From Octopus bimaculoides (lineage: Eukaryota): a stretch of DNA of 44,845 nucleotides. How positions within the stretch are numbered: the stretch's first letter is position 1; each line of letters opens with the position of its first letter. Below the pieces are notes generated by a model that ran no database searches, had not been told where the DNA came from, and worked only from the letters and a program-made list of their open reading frames with translations. Where the stretch lies: contig NC_068991.1 of the NCBI RefSeq assembly GCF_001194135.2, forward strand, positions 52,976,668-53,021,512. Reading direction: 5' to 3'. This document shows, in pieces, positions 33,646-44,845 of the stretch. The translations under genes were made by a program, and so were the position numbers.

Positions 33646-34755
33646 TATATATATATATATATACACACACACATAACTATTTACATACATAATTGGTGCC
33701 TGTCAACTTGTAAATGAGTATGATCATCACCAATAAATTATCTTGTCCAATATGTTAAAGTGAATGGCTGACCTGACAGCAATGCCTATATTGAAATTTA
33801 AAGTCAATATCAGCTGGCACAACACCACTAATTCTCAGCTACAAAGCCCAATATTCCAGACACAAGCAAGAGCAAGATTTCCTGCTCTACAATGAAGCAG
33901 GTGTTATTTCAGAGTTCCCTTCTCTTAGAAAAATGTTTAAAGATTAGGGGTCTCTCACATATATACACATACCAACATTCACACACACACACACATACAT
34001 ACATACATACATACAAATATATATACCTACATAGACACTTACATAAACACATACTTAGTATAATACACTATAAGATGTACATGTGGTTGCTAATGGCATC
34101 GAAACATTTATGAATTAGTTATAAAGAAGTGAGTACAAAAAAAAATATACATAAATAATTAAGTGGAAAAACAGGAAAATGGAAGTTGATAGTCATTCTT
34201 CATAGCTTATATATATATATAAATAGACACACACACACACACACATATACAATATACATATTTATATAAACATACAATACACACACATGCAGTCATATAC
34301 ATATCTATATGCACACCTTTTATTTTTTACTTGTTTCTGTCATTAGACTATGGTCATGATGGGACACAGCCTTGAATAATTTTTATTCAAATGAATCAAC
34401 CCCAGTACCGTTTTTCTCTTTTTTTAAGCCCAGTAATTATTCTCTTGGTCTCTTTTGCTGAACCACTGAGTTACTGGTATGTAAACAAACCAACACCAGT
34501 TGTCGAGCAGTGGTGGAGGACAAACACAAACACACACACATGTGATTTTATACATGTGATGGGCTTCTTTCAGTTTCCATCTACCAAATTCACTCACAAG
34601 GCTTTGGTCAGCCTGAAGCATTAGTAGAAGATACTTGTCTAAGTTGCTACAGAGTATAACTGAACCCAGAACCATATGGTTCTCTCCACCCACTCCCAGT
34701 AAACCACCAAATTGTCTCTCTTCTCTTCCCACCAAACTGAGCATAACTGAGTATG

Positions 34756-34788
<33 letters not shown>

Positions 34789-35109
34789 ATGCATGGCAAA
34801 TGTCTGCACTTTACAACTGTAAAGATTGGGTAGGGTTGAAAGGCAAATGTAATGAATGGTGGAGGACAACTGATGTATAAGTTAGGAGAAGTGGCAGCAG
34901 AGTAGAAGAGGACTAACAATGTGGGGCAGCAGAATGGTGATTGGTAATACAGTAGATAGGAGAAGGATGAGAAAAATATATTGTTAGGTAGGCTGCAGGA
35001 CTGTGGGAGTGGAGGAGAGAGGCAGGTATAATACATGAGTGAGAGATGGATGGTAGTGGAGAGAAAAGAAATAATGGATGATGGGTCAATAACAAATGGG
35101 ACGATTCTC

Positions 35110-35298
35110 AGCTAAAACTTTAACATTCAAACCAGCCAAATCCAGCCAAAATATTCTGCTTGCTTTATGTTCAAACTGATCAGATCCAACTTTTCACACC
35201 TACCCTACAATGTTACTCTAAAAATAAACAATCACATCATCAAAATCTCAAAGCTACAAGAAAATGCAGGGTAAGTTCAAAACAATGTGACTAAATAG
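35110..35298. mobile_element. Degenerate copy of the TTAA MITE family (further partial copies at about 3175-3245 and 8190-8260)
   Basis: aaaccagccaaatcc..aatattct..ttatgttcaaac..cacctaccctacaatg..ctaaaaataaacaatcacatcatc matches the internal MITE sequence. Confidence 0.7.
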
Positions 35299-35503
35299 TT
35301 CAAAAAGTAAGTGGAACCAAGGAAGAGGTGTAGTTAGAAATAAAAGTTGGTGGGGATGTCTTTAGGAGGAAGGAAACTGAGTAATGGGTGCAGCTGTGTG
35401 TAAACACATGCATGTGTACGCACACACACACACACACAGATGCACTACCATAACTCAGTTATACTCAGTATGGTGGGGAGGGGAGGGAAGAGAGATAATT
35501 TGG

Positions 35504-36047
35504 NNNNNNNNNNNNNNNNNNNNNNNNNNNNNNNNNNNNNNNNNNNNNNNNNNNNNNNNNNNNNNNNNNNNNNNNNNNNNNNNNNNNNNNNNNNNNNNNN
35601 NNNNNNNNNNNNNNNNNNNNNNNNNNNNNNNNNNNNNNNNNNNNNNNNNNNNNNNNNNNNNNNNNNNNNNNNNNNNNNNNNNNNNNNNNNNNNNNNNNNN
35701 NNNNNNNNNNNNNNNNNNNNNNNNNNNNNNNNNNNNNNNNNNNNNNNNNNNNNNNNNNNNNNNNNNNNNNNNNNNNNNNNNNNNNNNNNNNNNNNNNNNN
35801 NNNNNNNNNNNNNNNNNNNNNNNNNNNNNNNNNNNNNNNNNNNNNNNNNNNNNNNNNNNNNNNNNNNNNNNNNNNNNNNNNNNNNNNNNNNNNNNNNNNN
35901 NNNNNNNNNNNNNNNNNNNNNNNNNNNNNNNNNNNNNNNNNNNNNNNNNNNNNNNNNNNNNNNNNNNNNNNNNNNNNNNNNNNNNNNNNNNNNNNNNNNN
36001 NNNNNNNNNNNNNNNNNNNNNNNNNNNNNNNNNNNNNNNNNNNNNNN
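35504..36047. other. Assembly gap (N)
   Basis: N run. Confidence 1.
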
Positions 36048-36084
36048 TATATATATATACATGCACACACACACATACACAATA

Positions 36085-37275
36085 CTTCCAGAAATCAATT
36101 TCATCAAATTGGATGAGTCAGCTCAAGAACAAGTATCACCAGTCATCCCAGTCCTTTGTCATCCTGAGATCAGCCTTCACCACTTCATCCCATGTTTTCC
36201 CTCTTCTGCAAGTTTCATCCATTACTAAGTGATCTGCACTTTTTTGTACAGCTGTCCACATGAAAATGCATTACATGTCCAATACCAGTGCAGTCTTCTT
36301 TCTTGCATGCTACACCAAATTCCTCTTATGCCCAGTTATTCTCTCAGCACATTTGCAATGATTTTCATGCATACTCACATTGCATATGAAATGGAGTATG
36401 CTCCATTTCTTTCCAGTCAATTCAAATCCTTTGCATTCAAGGCTCAGGTCTTACTACCATGCAGCATCACAGTTCTAATAGAAGTATCTAACAATCTGTA
36501 CTTCACTTTGAAGAAAAAGGACATTTGCTGCTAGCAGGAGATGTAGCACCCCAAACTTTCTCCAGCCTATTCTTATTCAGGCTACTATACTTTCAGAGCA
36601 ACTATCTTCTTTACAAATTATATCTCTGAGGTAACAAAAGCTATCAACTGCTTCTAGTGAGCCAGTAAAGAGAATTTATTTCCAGTGTGCTCTTAGTATG
36701 TATTGCTCCAGTGCATTATTACATCCGAAGCTTATATTCTAGGATAGTCTGCCTTTAATTCCACTAAATTTCATGTGTCCATAGCTTACATCGAGTACAG
36801 CATATGAAATTTATACCCACTCCTTTCCTGCATATTGAGCAAGGCCATTTCACTGAAGCTCTCAGGGATCCATCGTCTTTCTTGCAAACTAAATCCTTCA
36901 TGTTTTCTAGGTTTAGCTTTCAGTCCTTGGTTTGTTTCCAAGCCTGAATTTTCCTCTCTAATTTCCCTATAGATTCAGCCATGAGAACTAGATCATCAAT
37001 ATATAGGAGTTTCCATAGACAGACTGAAACTCCTCTGTGATGGTCTGCAGGACTATGATGAATAGGAGAGGACTGAAGACTGAACTTTTATGGACTCCTA
37101 CCTTCATGCTAAATTCATCATTGAAATTATTGTTGATTCTTACTCTACCCAATATACCATTGTACATAGCTTGTAAAGTGGTGCCCTGTCAAACACCATC
37201 TTCAAACTGCATCACATCTAAGTCTATTCAGTTGTGGATCAATTGTGCTAAGAATCTCTCTTCATAACCTGACCT
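36085..37275 (-). mobile_element. RTE LINE, decayed RT to C-terminus, same family as 4890-6170
   Basis: Minus strand: GVHKSSVFSPLLFIIVLQTITEEF, LLYIDDLVLMAES, KWPCSICRKGVGINFICCTRCKLWTH, KTWDEVVKADLRMT. Confidence 0.85.
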
Positions 37276-37749
37276 GATACTTATACACACACACACACAT
37301 CCAGTTTTACTGTCAAATTGATAGAACACATTGGTCATCCAGAGTGAGTTCTCAGGTTCACGTTTGTGGTATTATGGATGAGGAGGTTCTTAGTTTCAGA
37401 CAAACCAGTACAACGCTCTCACATAGACTAACTATGTACTTGCAAACTCAATGAAGGGTAAAAAAAAATAAGACTACCCTTTTCCTTTCCAATGATGGAT
37501 AGGACTTCAAGATATAGGTATTCCAAGATTACCTATCTTTTTACTGTCTACTTTTATAATTCATATTCTTTTGTAAATTAATTTGTAATTCGATATGAAA
37601 TATTAATGTCAAGTATTAATGATTAAATGATATAAGTAATTGGGTGGAGTGAGTATTAGTCTAGGGTACTTGTCAAAGTCACAGAAATGCTGTTCAAGTC
37701 ATGCGGGGTCATACCAGAGCTGAAGAATTCTTTTCTTTTTCCAGATTTT

Positions 37750-38130
37750 CCATACTAAAAAGTCAAAGAGTATTTTCAGTAATCTTTATTTTGAACAACA
37801 TATTTTCAAATTTATTATTGGTTTTGATTTTCATCCATCTTTCAACAAACTTGATGGGAAGCAGCACTTCCCTCTCCATCTTTGTTTTCCTTTTCAAGTG
37901 AAACTTGAAAAAGTTGATGAAAATTTGGTCAGTGTGGTTTACCATACAACTCTCGTTTTCCAAAGCCGTTAAACAGATAAAAACTTCCAAGACTACCTGC
38001 CCTTTTCCCGCCAAAGGAAGGCAGCATAAAGATCTTCACAATAGATTCAACCAATTCCCAGATCCATCCTAAACGTGACAGCGGGTGTTCAACATGAACT
38101 TATACAAGTCACGCTGCTCATCATGTATAA
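37750..38130 (-). mobile_element. Probable L1/Tx1-like LINE C-terminal remnant
   Basis: FINFFKFHLKRKTKMEREVLLPIKFVERW resembles Tx1-type ORF2 ends (recalled; no catalytic motif visible). Confidence 0.35.
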
Positions 38131-41100
38131 ACTAATACATTACTCCAGCAAACACTATTATACTATAAAATAATGGTTTCAAATTTTTGGTCAAGGCCAA
38201 GTTTTGAGGGGAGGGGTTAGTCGTTACCATCGACTCATGTACTTGACTGGTACTTCATAAATAATGTGAAATAATAAGAACAAGTGATAAAAGAAGCTTT
38301 TTATCACTTGTTCTTTCTTTTTCAGATAGTACTACTTCTTAATGGCCACAAACTCAGACTTATCTCTCAACTTTAAAAACCTCTTTAACCCAATTACAAG
38401 TGCAAAGTGGCTAGGTGTGACGTTATCAATCGTGATTTAAATCTCGATCACTCCAGGGCAGCTGGTAGAGTTACGATGTATTTCAGCATTGCAGCTACTC
38501 TCCCGCCGCCACCTCGATTTGGGTTACTTGTAACTTTAAAACTTTAATTTCTAAAAACGTAAAATTTCTGTTGAATATTATTAACTTATCGACTAAATAA
38601 ATTAGAAATGATCTAGTCAATCTTTCGTTTTGACTCTACAAGCAGTTCTAATATATTTAAATTACTAGTAAAACTTTTAATTTGAATTACTTTCTAATAC
38701 AATGTCACTTTTTGAAAATGCTTGTGCTACTTTTTATGGTAACATTGGTTCAGGTTGTACTTGAAGTTGGGTAAATTGCATTGATAACTCGGCAATTAAA
38801 AGTTAACTAAAGCATTTCTTCACCGTACGATATTTCAACTAGATGAAATCCGTTTTCTTTAAAATGTTTTTCATTTCCTTCCGAGAATGCCCTTTACAGT
38901 CAAATTCCACTTGTGACATTAGTAATGACAGATTTTATAAGTTCGACTGACGATTATTATCGCTTTGTCTTCAACGTTAAATGTAAATTGTTTTGACAAA
39001 GTCTCCAGGTAGCGAACTACGTTACACAAATGAATGTGAATTAGATAGTTTAGTAAAAATAATTTTACAAATATATCACAAACGGCAACAATTTCAGACG
39101 GAAAAAAAAAGGTTGGCAAGCATCAAGTGTCATAAAGAAAGCTCTTAAAAACAGGGATACAAGTGCGTGTGACATTCAAATTAAAATGTCATCTATCATA
39201 ATAGTAATAATAAGAATAATGGTTTGTATCAGTAATAAGTTTAAGGGTTTGTATTCGATGTGCAAAGAGCAATAAAAGGTAATTAAATGGTTGATAATCT
39301 AACAAAGCTACTTAACGACAACCAGAAAATGGCGTCAATATCACGTGACAATGGTGCTGCCAACATTTCATGGTCAATGTTTTGTCTTTTATTGAACAGG
39401 GGAAAAGTTGGGAAAACTAAATGTTGAACTACATAATTTCACCATGAAGCATGATGGATTGTCTTCCATGCTGTTGTCTGACATAAATCAACAAACATCT
39501 TGTTGTAAAACTGAGCATACATAAAGTTAACAAACGACATAAACTAATAATAATTTACTTCAATTAACAAATACATTAACTCATGAAATTAAGTCAAAAG
39601 TTGCAAAGATTTCTACAGGAAAATATTAGATGTAATCGATATACATCGCTAAAATTAGTCGAGTGTAAATAGCTCTGAAATTGTAAATACAGGTTAGGAA
39701 AACGAAATGTTTTACTGTCTCCAGTAAATCAACAATCATCAAGTTGTAAAACCAAACCGAAGTTTAATAACAATTGCAGAAATATATGACATCAACAATT
39801 ATATCAATTGTTTTATGAAACTCAAGTTCGAAGTTGAAAAGATTTTTATAAGATTTGTTTTAATGTTTCAATACTTGTTTACACACACACACACAGGTAT
39901 ATTATACAGTATGTATGTATATATATAGGATTAATCTTGAGCAGCATGTAAACAAAATAGGGAGATAATTAATTAGATGCTTAATTGACTGATAGCAGAC
40001 GCTAGGATTTTACAAGTTCTATTTAGGTTAATAAATATATTGTCAGTGAGCGACAACAGTACGATCAATATTAATAATCTTCTATTTTTTTTCCCCACAT
40101 GTTACAATAACATTTCGTTAATGTGACAAAACATAATTAATGAGATGCGGACGTTTTTTATGTTGCCTTATAACCCCTGGTCAACAATGATCGAACAGAC
40201 TTAGGTTCAACGGCAACTCGGTCCTTTTAGGGATGTCTAAAACAACATTATCTGATGTGTTCTTCCTGCCCCCCCACCGACACTTTTTTTTCTAAGGGTA
40301 AGAGAAGATTTGCTGCTGTTTCTAGCAGGTTAGGCTTATGTAACTGACAAACGGTTTAATTTTCCGAAGAGGTTTTTGAAACTCAAAACCGATTCATAAA
40401 CTCTGTTTTATATAGTTTAAACAAAAAAAGCCAAACAAAACACTAAAAACTATAAAGCGAAAATGTATCCACAATTATTTTGTTTAACTGTCAAGGAGAA
40501 AGAAAATAAATATCCATTAATTTAAAATTAATGTCTGCAACACAGAAGACAAGTATATTTGTACAATTTGCAAAAACCAACACTAGCGTAACATCTGCTC
40601 GTTTAAATATTACACGATATAACAATGTTTTTAAATTTGCTTTGCAAACAGAATAATAAAGTTAGTCGTCTCACAACATAATTAACAAAAGTGAAGAAAA
40701 TTTCAATGGCTTGAGGTCGAAGTATAAAAGTTAGCAGCAGGAAAAACAAAACAAATATTAACAACGACATTACAGTTTCAAGTTGACATTAAAAAATTAC
40801 ATATATTTTAAATATCTAAAGAATGTTTGGGTATATACAGTTTGGTATCAGAACGAAAAATGACTCAACAAAGTCAAATTTGCCGTCGACGAAAATTTTT
40901 GCAAACTTCTATTTGTGAAAATAGAATCGATATCACGTGCAAGGAAATAAATGATTTATTGTAAGCAAAGTTAAACAAACTATCGGCAGAATATATTAAA
41001 GAAATGTTTTGTTTTTGTTGTTAAAAGCATGAATAAAAGCAGCAACTGATAAGTGGCGAGGAATTTACTGTTGGCGAAAAGTTCTATCGATCTGTTTCGC

Positions 41101-41169
41101 AGAATTTGAAAGTAGATTTATAAATGCTGGTATCAGATCGTACGCACGCAGCCAGAGTGGGGGAAAGGA

Positions 41170-41520
41170 TGATGTATATAGTTGTTTAGTAGAAATATTA
41201 ATTAAACTTACCACGACGTAGAGTTTCCAGGAAAGGACGATCGTATCTAATAACCATCGTCCCCAGAAGGGCTCAAAAAGGGTAACTGGTAGGACGGGCG
41301 TCAGCAAGAAGAGTGTCCCCATCATACTACTAAGGAATACAAGACAGCTAAAGGTCACTCCGAGACACACTGCCGAGCGACTGGTCATCTTCAACAAGAT
41401 TCATTCACTAACACAAGAATGAATGAACGATAAACAACGACGACACCGGTAGCCCTTTGCAAGCTGCTTTATCTTCTGCTTGGCTTCCGTCCGTTCCGCT
41501 CGAGCCTAGCTTTCTTCTTG
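41170..41520 (-). promoter_or_regulatory. CpG-rich region around LCLAT1 first coding exon, probable promoter/5' UTR
   Basis: Visibly dense CpG (acgacgacaccgg, ccgtccgttccgctcgag) in a window otherwise CpG-poor; directly upstream of and overlapping the ATG exon. TSS not determined. Confidence 0.45.
41212..41388 (-). CDS. LCLAT1: Lysocardiolipin acyltransferase 1, coding exon 1
   Basis: ATG at 41388; MTSRSAVCLGVTFSCLVFLSSMMGTLFLLTPVLPVTLFEPFWGRWLLDTIVLSWKLYVV then GTAAGT donor; 177 nt, phase 0; hydrophobic N-terminus typical of AGPAT3/4/5-LCLAT1 enzymes. Confidence 0.88.
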
Positions 41521-42306
41521 ATTAACCTTCTTCCTTTCATTTATTATTCAACCCTTCACTTTTTGATTTTGCTTTATTTTTTTTTTCTCCTAATGACTTC
41601 TGTTTATTTCTCCTATTTCCTTTCTGTTGTTATTTCCTTTCGAGTGAATAATTGTAGCAGGAATTGGGTGATACCTTGTCACTCTAAAACACCCTACGAG
41701 CTGATACCACACCATAAAGACTACTTTAACTACAGACAGATGAAATGACAGACTTCGGAAAGTCTGACGGACAAAATAAAAAAGATGAATGGAAGAGATA
41801 TGACAAGAAAGGAAAGAAATGTAAGCGAAGTCGGCTAAGGGTAAATGGTTTTGGCTGTTAGTGCTGAATGATCGAGTGAGAAGATCTGCATGACGGTGAA
41901 ATGTAGCAATTTGAATGGGAGGAGAAGGCAGAGGATACAGTTATAAGAGAGGAAGGGGAGGAGAGAGAGAGAAGTTAGGGGCAAAGGGAAACAAATGTCA
42001 GAGTTGTTGTGGAACTGGAATTGCAAGAAGATACAATTAATGACGGAGTAAAACTAACGACAAACTCATATACTACGCATGAAAAGATTTACTAAATAGA
42101 CAAGTCCATTGCTATTTGTATAACCCAGTTTAATATTTCGATTGTGAACACACATTACTATTATATATAATTATTTTACTATAATAAAATAGAAACTTAC
42201 TTTACTACACTTTATATATAAATATAATAAAATATAATATACCTTGTTACTAATTAATTGACGAAATAGGGCATTAAATTTTATATATATATATATATAT
42301 ATATAT

Positions 42307-42838
42307 NNNNNNNNNNNNNNNNNNNNNNNNNNNNNNNNNNNNNNNNNNNNNNNNNNNNNNNNNNNNNNNNNNNNNNNNNNNNNNNNNNNNNNNNNNNNNN
42401 NNNNNNNNNNNNNNNNNNNNNNNNNNNNNNNNNNNNNNNNNNNNNNNNNNNNNNNNNNNNNNNNNNNNNNNNNNNNNNNNNNNNNNNNNNNNNNNNNNNN
42501 NNNNNNNNNNNNNNNNNNNNNNNNNNNNNNNNNNNNNNNNNNNNNNNNNNNNNNNNNNNNNNNNNNNNNNNNNNNNNNNNNNNNNNNNNNNNNNNNNNNN
42601 NNNNNNNNNNNNNNNNNNNNNNNNNNNNNNNNNNNNNNNNNNNNNNNNNNNNNNNNNNNNNNNNNNNNNNNNNNNNNNNNNNNNNNNNNNNNNNNNNNNN
42701 NNNNNNNNNNNNNNNNNNNNNNNNNNNNNNNNNNNNNNNNNNNNNNNNNNNNNNNNNNNNNNNNNNNNNNNNNNNNNNNNNNNNNNNNNNNNNNNNNNNN
42801 NNNNNNNNNNNNNNNNNNNNNNNNNNNNNNNNNNNNNN
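42307..42838. other. Assembly gap (N)
   Basis: N run flanked by (TA)n on both sides. Confidence 1.
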
Positions 42839-43106
42839 TATATATATATATATGATGCCTAAAACTAGAGGCTATAAGATAACTAATTAAGAGCAAGTTT
42901 AATTAGTATGAATAATAATAATCGTCTCTAGTATTTTGTGGTATTCATTTAATGGCCCTTAGAACCATAAAAGGCATTGGGATTCCATGGGGTTTCGAAC
43001 TCAGAAACTAAACACTGTAATGCAGTTCTTTCCAAAGTTGGCCCCCAACGTTCAACAGGAGATATAGGATTTAATAAGGAGATAATACCTTTAATATTTA
43101 AGACTG

Positions 43107-43440
43107 CTATCATCATCATCATTATCATCATCATCATCGTTTAACGTCTGCTTTCCATGCTAGCATGGGTTGGACGATTTGACTGAGGACTGGTGATCCA
43201 GATGACTACACCAGGCTCCAATCTGATTTGGCAGAGTTTCTACAGCTGGATACCCTTCCTAACGCCAACCACTCCGAGAGCGTAGTGGGTGCTTTTACGT
43301 GCCACAGGCACGAAGGCCAGTCAGGAGGTACTGGCAACGGCCACGCTCGAAATGGTGTATTTTACGTGCCACCTGCACAGGATCCAGTCCAGCGGTACTG
43401 GCAACGAACTCGCTCGAATGTCTTTTCACGTGCCAGGAAG
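43107..43440 (-). mobile_element. RTE 3' UTR copy
   Basis: Nearly identical to 31449-31760, including (CAT)n tail and 60-bp units. Confidence 0.9.
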
Positions 43441-43493
43441 GCGATATATATACAGGTATGCACACACACATATACGCATACAGATACACAAAT

Positions 43494-43927
43494 NNNNNNN
43501 NNNNNNNNNNNNNNNNNNNNNNNNNNNNNNNNNNNNNNNNNNNNNNNNNNNNNNNNNNNNNNNNNNNNNNNNNNNNNNNNNNNNNNNNNNNNNNNNNNNN
43601 NNNNNNNNNNNNNNNNNNNNNNNNNNNNNNNNNNNNNNNNNNNNNNNNNNNNNNNNNNNNNNNNNNNNNNNNNNNNNNNNNNNNNNNNNNNNNNNNNNNN
43701 NNNNNNNNNNNNNNNNNNNNNNNNNNNNNNNNNNNNNNNNNNNNNNNNNNNNNNNNNNNNNNNNNNNNNNNNNNNNNNNNNNNNNNNNNNNNNNNNNNNN
43801 NNNNNNNNNNNNNNNNNNNNNNNNNNNNNNNNNNNNNNNNNNNNNNNNNNNNNNNNNNNNNNNNNNNNNNNNNNNNNNNNNNNNNNNNNNNNNNNNNNNN
43901 NNNNNNNNNNNNNNNNNNNNNNNNNNN
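43494..43927. other. Assembly gap (N)
   Basis: N run within CA/TA-rich simple sequence. Confidence 1.
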
Positions 43928-44509
43928 CATACATAGGTGCACCAGCAGGTATATAGATGTATACATACTTATACACATATACATGCACACACACTTATAC
44001 ACATTTATATGTGCACATGCATACGAACCAGTATGTATGCAAGTATACATACACAGACAAGTGCATACACAATCGCATAAACATATGCACATATATATAC
44101 AATACACACATATATACAAGTATTCGTGTGTGATCATACACACATGCACTCACATACATGGAAGTATATACATATAGACACACACATAATTATACATATG
44201 CACTTCACACATACATATACACACTCACATTTACAAACTCATGCAACTACACACATTCACACATATACATGCACACATGTACAAGTACACATACACATGA
44301 GCGCGCATGAGATGGGATTCTCGTGATTTACATGTTTAGGGTAGACTCAGTCGATTACCTGATTTAATAACAGCTACCTCTCCTTGAATTCCTCTCGCAG
44401 AATGTACCCTGTTGCAACCATTCCGACCAAGAATCTATTATGAGGATAACTTCCTTTTAATTCTTGGAGGTACTGAACAGGTTATGGAGACTGTCCTTCA
44501 TTCCTCACC

Positions 44510-44687
44510 TCTCTCTCTCTCTCTGTCTCTCCCTCTCTCTGTCTCTCTCTCTCTCTGTCTCTCTCTCTCACTGTATCTCTCTCTTTCTTTATCCCTCTCA
44601 AAAAGTATATATGTATGTAGGTATATGTATGTATGTATGTATATATATATATATATATATATACATATGTATGTATATATATATATG
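44510..44687. repeat. Compound microsatellite (CT)n/(TATG)n/(TA)n
   Basis: Direct reading. Other CA/TA runs at 255-310, 22763-22843, 32275-32430, 33229-33282, 33960-34310, 34758-34790, 43930-44300. Confidence 0.95.
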
Positions 44688-44845
44688 AATATGTGGTTGG
44701 CATTAGGAACGGCATCCAGCTGTAGAAACTCTGCCAAATCAGATTGGAGCCTGGTGTAGCCATCTTGTTCACCAGTCCTCAGTCAAATCGTCCAACCCAT
44801 GCTAGCATGGAAAGCGGACGTTAAACGATGATGATGATGATGATG
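44688..44845 (+). mobile_element. RTE tail copy after TA/TATG microsatellite, runs to window end
   Basis: gtggttggcattaggaacggcatccagctgtagaaac..aacgatgatgatgatgatgatg. Confidence 0.9.

Noticed and set aside
35384-36232. Long ORFs of 200-292 aa in the track (also 42171-42896, 43228-44177, 27621-27924)
   Set aside because: They are runs of X across assembly gaps plus microsatellite translation.

Overview
AT-rich, microsatellite-rich eukaryotic DNA whose repeat content looks like an octopod cephalopod (Octopus sp.; inferred from recalled repeat families, not from a database search). There are five N-gaps. Two spliced genes converge tail-to-tail, both rebuilt by hand from GT-AG sites and exon phases. 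(1) Plus strand: seven exons (806-12601, 5' end outside the window) of an IL-17-receptor-like type I membrane protein with FnIII-like ectodomain, TM helix and a divergent SEFIR-like domain. (2) Minus strand: a complete 5-exon LCLAT1 lysocardiolipin acyltransferase (41388 to 18181, 375 aa). The rest is mobile-element debris: RTE LINEs with a PHD-like finger and (ATG)n tails, tRNA-derived SINEs, a DD36E Tc1-like transposon, a TIR-complete mariner carrying two nested insertions, and TTAA-flanked MITEs. The most interesting unexplained signal is a set of hammerhead-ribozyme-like motifs: a head-to-head inverted pair (15117-15231) between the two genes, one inside a 326-bp tandem unit (33001-33048) and a variant minimal one (27630-27668). 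Folds were done by eye; ribozyme activity is untested. Repeat boundaries are approximate.
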